DNA of 64,000 nucleotides, from NCBI RefSeq assembly GCF_006345805.1, contig NC_043012.1:26846001-26910000 (forward strand), read 5' to 3'. Under the pieces are notes generated by a model. It was not told the origin of the DNA. It saw only the letters and a program-made list of their open reading frames with translations, and did no database searches. Source of the DNA: Octopus sinensis. Its lineage: Eukaryota. Each line of letters starts with the position of its first letter. Positions within the stretch are counted from its first letter, which is position 1. The translations under genes were made by a program, and so were the position numbers. Shown here in pieces: positions 11,823-25,747 of this stretch.

Positions 11823-12609
11823 TGAGTGCTGAATACTGAGTACTGGGGTCGAGTTTGTTCGACTAAAGCTTTCAAAATAACGCGCCAGAATCCAAATATA
11901 GTATTAACGATTAAAAAAGATAATTCGTTCGCAGCAAGAGGACGGGCATTTGTATTTTTGTTCAATGTTAAACGAAGGAATATCTCTTCGGGCATTTGGC
12001 CTGTTCTTTTGCAGTGCAGTATCTTGCATGAATCGTTCTAATAAACATATTTCATTGAAGATGATATAGGAAACCTCATCGCCAACATCTGTACATCGCT
12101 TCATGTTCATTGAATTTATTTGAGCAGAGTTGCTGCCTCCTTGGACCGATAATCAGTCGTTTTGTGAGTGCGTGTATGTATTGTATGTTTGCGCATGCGT
12201 ATGTGCCTTCTGTGAGGTGCATGTGCATGCGTATATGCATAACATAGTTGAAACTGACGAACGGCATTGGAGAAATATTGACAAGTAGCTTAGGATCAAC
12301 AGAAGAAAATTATGAAAGACGATTGCGTGAAAGCTAATCCCAAATAACAGTAGACTTTTAAGAACAGAGCTAAAGCAGAAGATCGAGTGAATGAGAAAAG
12401 TTGGAACCGAATCTTGGATAACCAAGTTATGGGAAACCTGTATGATTTTATTCGATGGAATGGCAAGATTCCAATACGAAATCCTTCTGAGTTCGAAAGG
12501 GTCTGAGTTTCTTGTCACCAAAAATTTCAATATCTCGAAAAGGATATCTTTGACATTTATCAACATGGACAACTTGTTAGTGTCCTTAAACACTAAGCAC
12601 CGCCAACTC

Positions 12610-12635
12610 TACTACTACTACTACTGCTGCTGCTG

Positions 12636-12704
<69 letters not shown>

Positions 12705-12705
12705 A

Positions 12706-12804
<99 letters not shown>

Positions 12805-12840
12805 ACACATGCTGCTATTGCTACTGCTGCTAATGCTGTT
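12610..12840. repeat. Compound (TAC)n/(TGC)n microsatellite
   Basis: Directly visible. Confidence 0.95.
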
Positions 12841-13124
12841 ACTACCGTAAAGAAAATTTTATCTTTAATCTCACTGAGCGGTATCTTGGGCAAGTGCCTT
12901 CTACCATATCCTCGTTTTGACCAATCCTTTGTAAATGAATTTGGTCGATGGAAACGTTGGAAGCCCGTCACATGAATAAGATTAGAACTCATTTTATATT
13001 ACACGCTGAATTAAATTAGACAAATTGAAGAAAATAAAATTTAAAAAATGAAGAATACACACATAGTTGTACATGATGAACAAAATAAATAATAATAATA
13101 ATAATAATAATAATAGTAATAATA

Positions 13125-13169
<45 letters not shown>

Positions 13170-13172
13170 GTA

Positions 13173-13232
<60 letters not shown>

Positions 13233-13275
13233 GTAATAATGATAATGATAATAATAATAATAATATAATAATAAT

Positions 13276-13708
13276 TACCACAGATTTGCTTGTCAGTTGT
13301 TTGACCTTAACCAGTTGAGCATGTCCCTTAGTGGCTGACGATATGTGCATCTCTGATCATGAGCAGAAGTAGTGGGGGAGCATCATAGCCATGTGTTGAG
13401 AGGGATGCTTTGGGGTTTGAATAATTCACCTCTGGAAACATGGGTGTTTCGTTCAACGTCCTTAAACAACCCTTATTCAGGGACCTTTTGAGCGGGATGG
13501 GTTACTCGATCTGAAGAAAATTCTAACTGGGCTCCACCTGCAAGGTCATGTGCTGTTTATCTTAATATGAGATCACCATGTCGCGCACATATGGTTGTGA
13601 TGCATGTGCCTGGTGTACCCTTATCAGACGGGTAGTCATGATGGGTATACTGGGCTTCGTATATTTTACCCCAGTGTCACTTTGATGGCATGCTCTGCTC
13701 GCTCACTC
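13276..13708 (+). mobile_element. 5'-truncated copy of the ~550-bp (AAT)n-embedded non-tRNA retroposon
   Basis: Near-identical to 60615-61044; (AAT)n on both sides. Confidence 0.8.
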
Positions 13709-13925
<217 letters not shown>

Positions 13926-13929
13926 ATCT

Positions 13930-14139
13930 CTTCTGATACAGGCACAAGGCCTGAAATTTTAGTGGAGGGCGCCAGTCGATTAGATCGACCCCAATACGCG
14001 TCTGGTACTTAATTTATCGAATCCGGAATTGTTAAAGGCAAAGTCGACCTCGGCGGAATTTGAACTCAGAACTTAACGGCAGACAAATTACCGCTAAACA
14101 TTTCGCCCGGCGTACTAACAATTCTACCAGCTCAGCGCC

Positions 14140-14142
<3 letters not shown>
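13930..14142 (-). mobile_element. SINE family B
   Basis: Reverse complement of the family B consensus. Confidence 0.85.
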
Positions 14143-14221
<79 letters not shown>

Positions 14222-14265
14222 TAATAATGATAATAACAATGATGATGATGATAATAATAATAATG

Positions 14266-14376
<111 letters not shown>

Positions 14377-15064
14377 ATTATTATTATATACCGAATTTAC
14401 AATGTGGCATGTAGAGGCATGTATGAGTATACCTGTACAAGTTCCGTTTCCTGCTATAACCGGAAGTGAGTCGGGTAATCCTTAATGAACGCCTCTCGTA
14501 AATAAAATGTGAAATATTTTGGTGCACGACGCTATGTGTGTGTATGTGTGTGTGCATGTGTGCCTGTACATTTGTTATTGTGTGTGTTCCCCACCATTGT
14601 TTGACGCCCAATATTCGCTTATTTACGCACTCGTAACTTAGTAGTTCGGCAAATATGTCCGACATAATAAGCAGGCTTTAGGAAATAATCACTGGGATTA
14701 ATTTGTGCGAATAAATCCCTTTCAATGTGCAGCCCCATTTTGGCCGCAGTTCGATGACTGAAACAAGTAAACGACAGGTCATGAGGCGGTGCTCCAACAA
14801 GACCATGTTCAAATGACCAAAAGAAGTAACAAAAAAAAAAGAATAGATAAAGGAAAGGTCATTTCAGAACGTCGGCAAAAGAATACAAAATCTGTCGTTC
14901 TTGGATGATATGACTGAACAAATGAAACATTAAACATTTCTACTCTAGGCACACGGCCTGCAATTTTGGGGGAGGGGGCAGTCGATTTAATCGACCCCGG
15001 TACGCAACATTAAAGCCAATCGTTGAGGTATTATTGTTTAAGACCATCATAGAAAGTATGAAAG

Positions 15065-16450
15065 GTAAAGTTGAAACATTAATCAAGAAAATAAAAACAA
15101 TAATATATTCAGTCCCGAGAAGTGCATCCTTCATTGGTGACATTGTAGGTAATTCTTTATCGTAGGACAAGGACAAAATCGTGCAGATAACATGATTCGT
15201 GGCTGGCAAGGGAGGTAAGCTGTAAGAATCATTCGATTATCAGAATAAAGAAATACATCCTTGCGGTGTCCGTTCCGACATTTTATGTTCTAGCTTCAAA
15301 TCACACCGAGGTCAACGTTGTTTTTCACCCCACCGCAGTCGTTAAGGTAGAGTATTAATCAAGGACTGAGGTTAATGTTATCGATTAATTTCCTTCTCTC
15401 AAAATTGATGGGATTGTGTCAAAATCTGTGTCAAATCTCGACGTAAAGACAGAATTTATAAATGTATTACAGCGTTGAAGCTTTTCAAACGTTGGAAATT
15501 ATAAATCTTTTATAAATAATGTCTCTTGATAATAGTTAATAATACATGAGTTTCAAAACACTCTGGATGGGATTACAATGCCTGACGCTTAGCGGCAGGA
15601 CCGACCAAACGGAACATATAAAGAAAATGAAAGCAAAAACATATTCAGTACTAACTGAGGAGTGAATCCTTCAATAGTGTCACATTAGATATTTGTTTAT
15701 CGTAGAACAAAACCAAAATCTTGCAAATAACATGATTTTTGGCTACCACGGCACGTAAGCCAGAAGAATCATTCCACGCAATTCATGGTAACGCAAGCAA
15801 TTATGATAAGCCCACTCATACAGCGAAAAAAAAACAACAACAGGTGCAGATATGTCTGTGTGGTTAACAAGCCCGTTTTACAGTTACGTGGTTTGGGATT
15901 CAGCCTCATTGTGTGACACCTTGGACAAGTGTCTTCGATGCCCATGAGCAGCCCAATGCCTTGTGAGTGAATTTGGTAGATAAAATCTCTAAAGTGTTGT
16001 ATATGATAGCGTTGAATACGTACGGTCATATTTGACGAATCCCATTTTCAGCAGAACATATCGGGTAAAGGAGATTTTATTTCATTAAAGCGAGGACAAA
16101 ATTGGCTTCTGGGTGGCCCAACTTCGCATGTAGGATTCAGTGTAATTTCTTGAGGTATGTTTTGAGAAAAGTACCTCTATGCGCCATTAAATACAGTACT
16201 TCTCCAAATTTCCTGCCTTCCTTGTTAGACTAATGTGTCTCATTTGGATGGATGAAATGCAGAAAACTACTTTGGAGTAAAGATATAACTCTGGATCACA
16301 AGTGATGCATGGTTTACGTTCTACTAGTAATTTTCAATCTATTTTTTCATTCACTCTATTAACTCATTGCATTATGAGCTGTTATTTATAATTGGATTGG
16401 TATTCAGAAGACATTGTGCATGGAAGGCTTATTTACATATTTCTCGATAC
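15065..16450 (+). pseudogene. Highly decayed Tc1/mariner (maT/DD37D-like) transposase remnants with a local ~170-bp duplication
   Basis: 15065-15235 and 15615-15780 translate as (F/L)FIVxQxQNxAxNMIxG(W/Y)xG...RRIIPR. ~16070-16170 gives DFISLK..NW...FSV..GMF*EK. Both resemble maT motifs; many stops. Confidence 0.3.
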
Positions 16451-16701
16451 TTCTTTCGTAACATTCTAAATCTAAACACAATTTGAAAGTTTGCCATTAT
16501 ATAAAATATCCACAAAATTCCGACGGTGTCACAAACAAAAGCAGGAACCATTTCAGTGAATAACAAAGTGGTCGAACTAATGGTCATTCTATTTCATAAA
16601 CATAGGGACATTAAAGCCAATCATCCAGGTATTATTGTTTAAGTCCATCATAAAAAGGAATATGCTTTAATCGATTAGGTCTCAATTGTAACAACAACAA
16701 C

Positions 16702-16736
<35 letters not shown>

Positions 16737-16812
16737 TAATAATAATTATAATAATAATAATAATGATTTCTTTTATGATGATGATGATGATAATAATAAC
16801 AACAACAACAAC

Positions 16813-16871
<59 letters not shown>

Positions 16872-16880
16872 TAATAATAT

Positions 16881-17075
16881 CAGTAACAACTAGAGCAAAA
16901 ATAATGAGGGAATTGGAGTAACTATGAGATTTTGCATTACTACAAAAACTGTTGTTCTATTAGGAACAGCAAGAATTGTCTCAAACGTCCTCGATAGCTA
17001 AGGAAATTTGTTTCGATCCGTCATCGGGGACATGGTTTCTAAATGTAACATATTTTTGGCGTAACACTAAATATA
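16881..17075 (+). mobile_element. Old RLE-LINE 3' end
   Basis: LQKT(V)VLLGTARIVSNVLDS* resembles the R4-type C-terminus; follows (AAT)n. Confidence 0.5.
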
Positions 17076-17099
17076 AAAAAACAACGACGACAAAAATGG

Positions 17100-17143
<44 letters not shown>

Positions 17144-17157
17144 ATAATAATAATAAT

Positions 17158-17373
17158 AATTCTTTCTACTGGAAGCACAAAGCCTCAAATTTTGGGGGAA
17201 GGGATTAAGTCGATTACATCGACTCCAGTGCGTAACTGGTACTTATTTAATCGATCCCGAAAAAACGAAAGGCAGAGGCGACCTCGGCGGAATTTGAAAT
17301 TACAACGTAACGGCAGACGAAACACCGCTAGGCATTTTGCCCGGCTTTCTAACAATTTTGTCAGCTCGACGCC

Positions 17374-17375
<2 letters not shown>
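17158..17375 (-). mobile_element. SINE family B
   Basis: Reverse complement of the consensus. Confidence 0.85.
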
Positions 17376-17440
<65 letters not shown>

Positions 17441-17443
<3 letters not shown>

Positions 17444-18452
17444 TACAGGAAACAAGCACAGAAAAAGCTAAGCGCATGAAAACCCGTGCTAAAACTGCTG
17501 CCTTAGATATTCTGATTGATAAATGGCAAGAAAACCCTCTCAATGGCAAATACCCAAACAGAGCGAATAATTCAGATGTTGACAAAGCCCTGACCCATCA
17601 ATGGCTAATGGCCTCTGGCTTAAAATCAGAAACAGAAGGGTTTATGATAGCAGCTCAAGATCAATGCCTACCTACAAGGAACTACCAGGCCAACGTATTA
17701 AAGAACGGCAGTAGCCCAACATGTCGTGTATGTCAACAACAAAATGAAACCATTGATCATGTTGTCTCCAAGGATAGTCTTCTTTCGCCTACAGAGTATC
17801 TCAACAGGCTGATAGAGCTGCACAATATATTCACAGGGTAATTTGCAAAAGCCAGGACTTGCTCCATGATAAAAACTAGTGGGAACACAAACCACCTCCA
17901 GTACTTGAAACTGACCACATCTCACTCCTCTGGTACTTCACCATTCAAACTGACAGAAAGATAGATGCGAATAGGCCAGATAACATATTGAAAGACTTCA
18001 GACTTCAGACATGCCTCCTCATTGATGTGACTGTCCCTATCGATATAAACGTATTTGTCAAGACCTAACAAAAACTGAGTAAATATAAAGATGTTGAAAT
18101 AGAAATGAGCAAAATGTGGAAGGTGCCCTGGGAATGATAGCGAAAGGGGCTGATTGCTACCTAACTCAGATACCAGGAAACCCTAAAATCGCAGAAATTC
18201 AAAAGATAGTGCTCATGAGAACAGCCCATATCCTACGAAAAATACTTTCTATGTAATCTCAAGTTTTAAAACAAGCATAATTTTTGTATGTTTTTTTTAG
18301 ACATTCACTAGTACAACTCTAAATACAAAACCAAATATATGGCAACCTAGGCATAACACCAACATGAACTCCCAAATTGTTCTCTCTTGAGGTGTCTGGG
18401 TGAGACTTGGAGCCAACTTGTTCAAATGTAAAGCAAAAGTCAAACATATAAC

Positions 18453-18453
<1 letters not shown>
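17441..18453 (+). mobile_element. 5'-truncated R4/Dong-type RLE LINE, 3' end (family 1)
   Basis: GLKSETEGFMIAAQDQCLPTRNY...CRVC...ETIDHVVS...RPDNILKD with frameshifts. Ends gcaaaagtcaaacatata|(AAT)n; (AAT)n upstream. Confidence 0.9.
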
Positions 18454-18532
<79 letters not shown>

Positions 18533-18954
18533 TGATGATAACGATGATGATTATGATGATAATAATATGATGATGATGATGTTAAAATATCTAAATATAT
18601 CGTGATAATATGTCACTAGCATAAACAGAAACATTATCCAGACATAGCATTCTAGAAATAGAGATTGCCAGAATACAGTATTTGAAACTATAAGCGATTC
18701 CCATAACATTAGATGTCTTGGGAATGGTAGGAATTATACAGAAAAATACGTATCCAAAAGCATTAAGATTTGCACATATCATGCAGTATATAGAGCAGAT
18801 TGTTCTGTAGAATGTTCTGTAAATACGTCCATAAAATATTTTCACTACAATCCAAAGACACATACACACACACGCACACACAGACGCACAAATGCACCCG
18901 CACAAACACAGACACACAAATACACACGCACACACACGCACACTGAACGAGAAG

Positions 18955-19490
18955 TAACAGTCGCAGACATGGCTGTGTGGTTAAGAAGCTCGTTTTGAAA
19001 CTACTTGATTAGCGGTTCGGTCCCTCCCTGTGGTACCTTGAGCAGCCATGGTCGGCTCAATGGCTTGCGTCTGAAAATGACAGACAAAAACTGTCTGGAA
19101 GACCGTCGTATCCACACACACACACACACACATACACACACACACACACTCACACATACACATATATATATGTATATATACTTATATACATATATGTGTG
19201 TGTGTGTGTGCGCGTGTATGTGTGTGTGTATGTGTTTGTGTATACGTGTATGTGTATGTATGCGTATGTTTGTATGTGTTAGTATTTGTCAAACCCGTTG
19301 TTTCACAACCGGTGTTGATTTGTTTACGTCCCCTCAACATAGCGGTTCACTGATACCGATCGATGGAACAAGGAGTAAAAACACATAAAATCTGGGGTCG
19401 ATTTGTTCCATTAAAACCCTTCAAAGTATTAACCCAGAGTGGCTGTAATCAAATGGCTAGGACAAGTGAGAAATTAAAAGATAAAAGATA
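18955..19490 (+). mobile_element. SINE family A, diverged
   Basis: Degenerate head, internal CA/TA/TG tract and tail. Confidence 0.7.
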
Positions 19491-19937
19491 TTGCGCATGC
19501 TAAAATCACGCACGCACCTGCTGTCGTTTGTGAAAACTCTCGTAGTCTTCTGTTAGTACGCAGAATAATAACAAATGGTATAAGGGGTAACCCCAACATC
19601 TTAATGACTATTTGCACATTATATCCGTATTGAGTACATGCTTTCAATTTTTTAAAGCAAAGACACATACAGAAGTCCTAGAATGTTACAGTAATGTATA
19701 TACACATATGCATATTTTTTCTGCGAGGGTTGTTTCCTAAGATTCATCCTGTCCGCTTAATTTAGTTATTTCACACAGAACAAAGATCATAGCCCCTACT
19801 AAGTCGTAATTATGTGTAGAGCACACTCAAAGGATAAAGAAATCAATTAGAGACTTCAAATACACCATGTAAAATGCGAGGTTAATGTGTATCTACTTTG
19901 CATATTTATACGTGGGTATATCTCTATATATGTATAT

Positions 19938-20345
19938 CTGAGTGGCTGTGTGGTAAGTAGCTTGCTAAACAAACACATGGTTCCGGGTTCAGTCCTACTG
20001 CGTGGCATCTTGGGCAAGTGTCTTCTGCTATAGCCCCGGGCCGACCAATGCCTTGTGGGTGGATTTGGTAGACGGAAACTGAAAGAAGCCTGTCGTATAT
20101 ATGTATATATATATATGTATGTGTGTGTGTTTGTGTGTCTGTGTTTGTCCCCCTAGCATTGCTTGACAAACGATGCTGGTGTGTTTACGTCCCCGTCACT
20201 TAGCGGTTCGGCAAAAGAGACTGATAGAATAAGTACTGGGCTTACAAATAATAAGTCCCGGGGTCGATTTGCTCGACTAAAGGCGGTGCTCCAGCATGGC
20301 CGCAGTCAAATGACTGAAACAAGTAAAAGAGTAAAGAGTAAAGAG
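19938..20345 (+). mobile_element. SINE family A, near full length
   Basis: Matches 10622-11043. Confidence 0.9.
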
Positions 20346-20668
20346 TATATCTATCTAGCTATCTTTCTTTCTATCTATCTATCTATATATCCGTCTATAT
20401 ATACATACTATTTATGTATTTGCATGTATGTATGCGTTTATGTATGTATGTATGTATGTATGTATGTATGTATGTATGAATGTATATGTATTAATGTAGC
20501 TATGCATGTATGTATGTATTTGTATGTGTGTGTACATGTGTGTATTTGTGTGTGTATGTATATATCTAGTTATATTTATACACGCACAATTATATACGCA
20601 TATATGTGTATATATACATATAAGCATAAGCATACATTTGTGTGCACACACGCATATTTGTATATATA

Positions 20669-20716
<48 letters not shown>

Positions 20717-21293
20717 CATACATATATGTATATATATAAACATATATGTGTGTGTATATATATATATATATGCAGTCCATATGCTCATATGCAACAGAAT
20801 GGAAAAATTAAATAGAATACCAAACATTAACAAACAACAACATTGATAAAAATATCAACAACAGTAAAAACAACGACGACGACAACAATGATGATGATGA
20901 TGATGATGATGACGATGATAACAACAACAACAACAACAACAATAATAATGATAATGATAATAATAATGATGATGATGATGATGAAATGAAAGGAAAGCTG
21001 GCCACGAACGAAGTGTCAAAGAATTTCTTGTATCATTCCAGATCAGTGATTCGTAAATATTGTGAGCTTTGAAACCTAGCTGTCATAATGTTAACTCTGT
21101 GGTTCACACCTGTCTGACCCTGCAGCCAAAATAACAGACGTATTGCTTGCAGTTGTTGTTGTTGTTGTTGTTGCTGTTGTTGTTTTTATTATTATTTTTA
21201 TTGTTGTTATCATTATTACTTGGGGATTGGATGAGTAGAAACGTTAAGAGCACCGGAAGAATTGCATCACGTTGTAGAGGTTAGTTGATATTC

Positions 21294-21334
<41 letters not shown>

Positions 21335-21387
21335 TATTATTACTATTATTATTATTATTGTTATTATTGTTATTATTGTTGTTGTTG

Positions 21388-21422
<35 letters not shown>

Positions 21423-21820
21423 GTTGTTGTTGTTGCTGTTATTATTATTATTATCATTATTATGTTTATTATTCTTATTTTTATTATTGTTATTATTATT
21501 GTGTTTATGAATATCATGTTTATTATTATTGTTGTTGTTGTTGTTGTTATGAACAGGACGGTGGATGGCAGATGAGTAGGATCGGTAGAGCACCGAAAAA
21601 AAAGAAATACTTCACTGTAGTTCTGCTTCATTGCTCTGTGAGTTCATATTCCGCCGCGGTCGACATAATACGTACCAGTTGAGCACTAGAGTCGATGTAA
21701 TCGAATACTTCTCTCTCACCGGAGTTCAGGCCCTATGCCTATAGTAGACTTTACTACTACTACTACTACTACTATTAAGTAGACGTGCTAGAAGCGTGTA
21801 TGTATATATATTTTCTCACG

Positions 21821-21870
21821 CCGCGTCTGATGAAGGGATATCCATAATATCCCAGAAACAGCTGTAAGAC
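21821..21870 (+). ncRNA. Minimal Penelope-type hammerhead-like motif (degenerate stem I)
   Basis: CTGATGA-A-GGGATAT(CCATA)ATATCCC-A-GAAAC-AGCT-GTA. 7-bp stem II, palindromic AGCT loop, GUA triplet; stem I poorly formed. Confidence 0.5.
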
Positions 21871-21933
21871 TATTTCATTAAAATCGACCTGGAAACTCCT
21901 CACAGCCTTGGATTTGTTATCTCATTCTGTCTA

Positions 21934-21967
<34 letters not shown>

Positions 21968-22042
21968 TTGTAAATGTATATATATATGTATATATATATA
22001 TATGTGTATATATATATATGTATATATATATGTGTATATATA

Positions 22043-22107
<65 letters not shown>

Positions 22108-22160
22108 AGAAAAATGAATTATCTTATTACGGATAATTCGAAAGATAACCGATACCTAGG

Positions 22161-22212
<52 letters not shown>

Positions 22213-23130
22213 ATCTGTGTGGTTTTCGTCAATGTTTATACTTTTGTTCCATTTGTTTACAAATTTGCTATATGGATTGAGTTTGTACACTAATTGCAAA
22301 AATGAAATTCATTACTCCTATAAATCCATAATTAAAGTTATCAGCCCTAAATTTTTTCCAAAACTTGCCCATTTGAGCAAATCAAAAGCGAGTCTTTTAC
22401 ACATGAACTTGGCGAAAAGCTCTCTTTCTATAGTAACCAAAGATACTGCGCATGCGCACATGGAAGAGTACGAGATACGGGAAAGATAATCTTCTACTAT
22501 AATAATACACTTGTGTTTTTCTCCGTCACAACATACGAATGAGAAAGTAAGGGGTGATAGATGAATAAGGAAGGATAGGGGATGATGGCAAACTGGTAGT
22601 GGGAGCGTTTCGACTCTGTGTGAGTATATGTGTGTGTGTGTAAAAGGGAGGTATGTGAACGTTTGTTTGCTTATGTGTGCATGTGTGTTTCTGTGTGTGT
22701 TTGTGTGAGTATGTGTGTGTGGGGGGGGGGCAATGGAAGTGAACATTCAACTCCTGTTGGTTTGTTTGTTCGTAGCTTTTAAATATTTAATTTGCTCGTG
22801 AATGTTTTAACGTTAACTTCATTCGTGTATATCTTAATGTCTTGATTGTTATTTCTTACAATGTCTTGATGTAACGTTGCCCACGCTCCTGATGATGGAA
22901 GAGGCAGCGAACGCGCTGTTTTCCGATTGGCTAGAAATTCTGAAAATTATCAAACTTTTAATACCTGTAACATTTTTGCAAAATTTTTCAGGTACAAATG
23001 AATAACAATTCGGATTCAGCGTCAAAAAAAAAAAAATATCTATATGATACATAAAGAATTTTTTCAAGATAATTGTAAACAGTGACGAAAACCATGAAGA
23101 TTCTATGTGTATATATATGTATATGTATTC

Positions 23131-23727
23131 AGTGGTTAGATCGTCAAGCTTACGATCGTGAGGTTGTGAGCTCGAATCCCGGACCGGGCTGCGTGTTGTG
23201 TTCTTGAGCAAGGCACTTTATTTCACGTTGCTCCAGTTCACTCAGCTGCAGAAATGAGTTGCGACGTCACTGGTGCCAAGCTGTATCGACCTTTGTCTTT
23301 CCCTTGGATAACACTGGTGGCGTGGAGAGGGGATGCTGGTATGTATGGGCGACTGCTGGTCTTCCATAAACAACCTTGCCCGGACTTGTGTCTAGGAGGG
23401 TAACTTTCTAGGTGCAATCCCATGGTCATTCATGACCGAAGGGGGTCTTTACCCCTTTTATTCCGGGTGACACTTTATGTCCTTCAGCATGACACTCTAT
23501 TTCCTGTTGCTCCAGTTCTCTCAGCTGAAGAGATGAGCTGCGACATCACTGGTGCCAATCTGTATCGGCCTTTGCCTTTCCTTTGGATAACATCGGTGGC
23601 GTGGAGAGGGCAATTTGGTATGTGTGGGCGACTGCTGGTCTTCCGTACACAACGTTGTGCTTCGGAGGTTAACTTTCTAGGTGCAATCCCATGGTCATTC
23701 CTGACCAAAGGGAGTCTTTATCATTTA
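23131..23727 (+). mobile_element. SINE family C (tRNA head + TTGAGCAAGGCACTT) with a tandem duplication of its 3' part
   Basis: Head gtggttagatcgtc...gctcgaatcccgg. 23495-23727 repeats 23220-23460. Confidence 0.8.
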
Positions 23728-23876
23728 TGAATGTTATATATGTTTTGATAATTTTAATTCTAAATTAAGTAGGAGATAATTAGGGAAGTATATTTTACAC
23801 CCTGCTGATATACTAGTTATATCCTTTAAAGTATTATTTCATGATGTACAAATAGATACCACGAGTTTACCTTCAG

Positions 23877-24021
23877 ATATGCTCATTAGGTTTTTTTCGT
23901 ATTATCTGAAATAGAATACCCGCAAATATATTAATCCCCAAAACTAAATTATATATATATACATAGTTTTTTTCGTATTATCTGAAATAGAATACCCGCA
24001 TATCTATTAATCCCCAAAACT

Positions 24022-24071
<50 letters not shown>

Positions 24072-24157
24072 TATATATGTGTGTAATTTAGTTTTGGGGA
24101 TTAATAGATATGCGGTATTCTATTTCAGATAATACGAAAAAAACCTAATGAGCATAT
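23877..24157. repeat. Direct + inverted ~70-bp repeats around (TA)n
   Basis: 23877-23951 and 23967-24028 are direct copies; 24084-24157 is their reverse complement. Confidence 0.85.
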
Positions 24158-24222
24158 ATATATTATATATATATATATATACACAATGTATGAATACATA
24201 TGTTTATATACATACATACATG

Positions 24223-24293
<71 letters not shown>

Positions 24294-24359
24294 TGTATGA
24301 ATATATATGTTTATATACATACATACATGGGTATATATTATATATATATATAATATATA

Positions 24360-24663
24360 TATCACGTGATCACGTGACCGACCAGTCCATCAGATGTAGT
24401 TACACATCGCTGGTCACAATGCGTTCGCATTGTTTTAGCCTTCGAATGACGCCACCCCGCTGGCTAAGCGAGCAGGCCAACAGAAGAAAGAGTGGGAGAA
24501 AGAGTGGTGAAAGAGTACAGCAGGGATCACCACCACTCCTGCCGGAGCCTCGTGGAGCTTTTAGGTGTTTTCGCTCAATAAACACTCACAACGCCCGGTC
24601 TGGGAATCGAAACCGCGATCCTACGACCGCGAGTCCGCTGCCCTAACCACTGGGCCATTACGC

Positions 24664-24668
<5 letters not shown>
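24360..24668 (-). mobile_element. SINE family D (tRNA head GGCGTAATGGCCCAGTGGTTAGGG...GTTTCGATTCCC)
   Basis: Clear A and B boxes. Its 5' half is shared with 30257-30550. Ends in TCACGTGATCACGTGAT next to (TA)n. Confidence 0.8.
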
Positions 24669-24716
<48 letters not shown>

Positions 24717-24728
24717 CATACATATATG

Positions 24729-24759
<31 letters not shown>

Positions 24760-24859
24760 GTATATATATGTATAGATATACATATATATACATATATGTA
24801 TAATGTATATATATATATATTGTATATATATATATATGTATATATAATATATATATATC

Positions 24860-24928
<69 letters not shown>

Positions 24929-25157
24929 CATAATTAATCAATATAGGGTGGCAAGGAAAATTTTGTAGAATTTTATTGCCACCAGCGGCCCAGTGGGAAA
25001 AAATTAAATAGTCATAGACCATTTTTAAGTTCAACATTAACAATTAAGGAACGGCCATAATAGGCCATTCACCCACTAGAAATAACAGCCAAAGCTTCTA
25101 CCGCAAATAAAGATTAATTCCGTAAACAGGAGAAAATTAAAAAACATTTACCCTGTA

Positions 25158-25263
25158 ATTTCTTGTACGGTATACCGTTTCATCCGCTTTTAATGGTAAA
25201 CTAACCTGATTAAATTAAATCAAGCCAATCTTCCATAAGACCTCGGATTCTTCAGCAAGAAAT
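25158..25263 (-). ncRNA. Type I hammerhead ribozyme, array copy 1 (intact core)
   Basis: Stem I 25158-25165/25256-25263; CTGAAGA 25255-25249; predicted cleavage between 25166 and 25165. Confidence 0.85.
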
Positions 25264-25643
25264 AGCTCAAGTCGGAACAGATATTTACACGAGGCATACC
25301 CAATCTTGCCAAGGCAATATCTGACCTAAAATTTTCAAATCGTCGCACTCGCGCCAAATTTATCGGCAGCAAATAAATATCAGCCGTCGATTCCATTACG
25401 GAATTAACCAAAAAATTCATAATTAATCAATATGGGTGGCAAGGAAAATTTTGTAGAATTTTATTGCCACCAGCGGCCCAGTGGAAAAAATTAAATAGTC
25501 ATAGACCATTTTTAGTTCAACATTAACAATTAAGGAACGGCCATAATAGGCATTCACCCACTAGAAATAACAGCCAAAGCTTCTACCGCAAATAAAGATT
25601 AATTCCGTAAACAGGAGAAAATTAAAAAAACATTTACCCTGTA

Positions 25644-25747
25644 ATTTCTTGTACGGTATACCGTTTCATCCCTGTTTAATGGTAAACTAACCTGATTAAA
25701 TTAAATCAGCCAATCTTCCATAAGCCCTCGGATCTTCAGCAAGAAAT
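25644..25747 (-). ncRNA. Type I hammerhead ribozyme, array copy 2 (1-nt deletions at stem II)
   Basis: Same motif; single-base deletions near 25670 and 25733 may be sequencing errors. Confidence 0.65.

Noticed and set aside
12294-12593. Coding-looking stretch (…KSWNRILDNQVMGNLYDFIRWNGKIP…LEKDIFDIYQHG)
   Set aside because: Three in-frame stops, weak splice signals, no recognisable family.
15205-15765. Conserved GTAAG donors after two duplicated segments, suggesting tandem exons
   Set aside because: Both segments have in-frame stops, and the similarity continues past GTAAG, so a decayed transposase fits better.
22447-22458. Palindromic TGCGCATGCGCA (NRF1-type motif), with a CCAAT box near 22925
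   Set aside because: Isolated motifs without a CpG-rich context or a nearby first exon.
22890-22925. CTGATGA followed by CGAAC-GCGC
   Set aside because: No GAAA box and no stem II pairing; not a supportable hammerhead.
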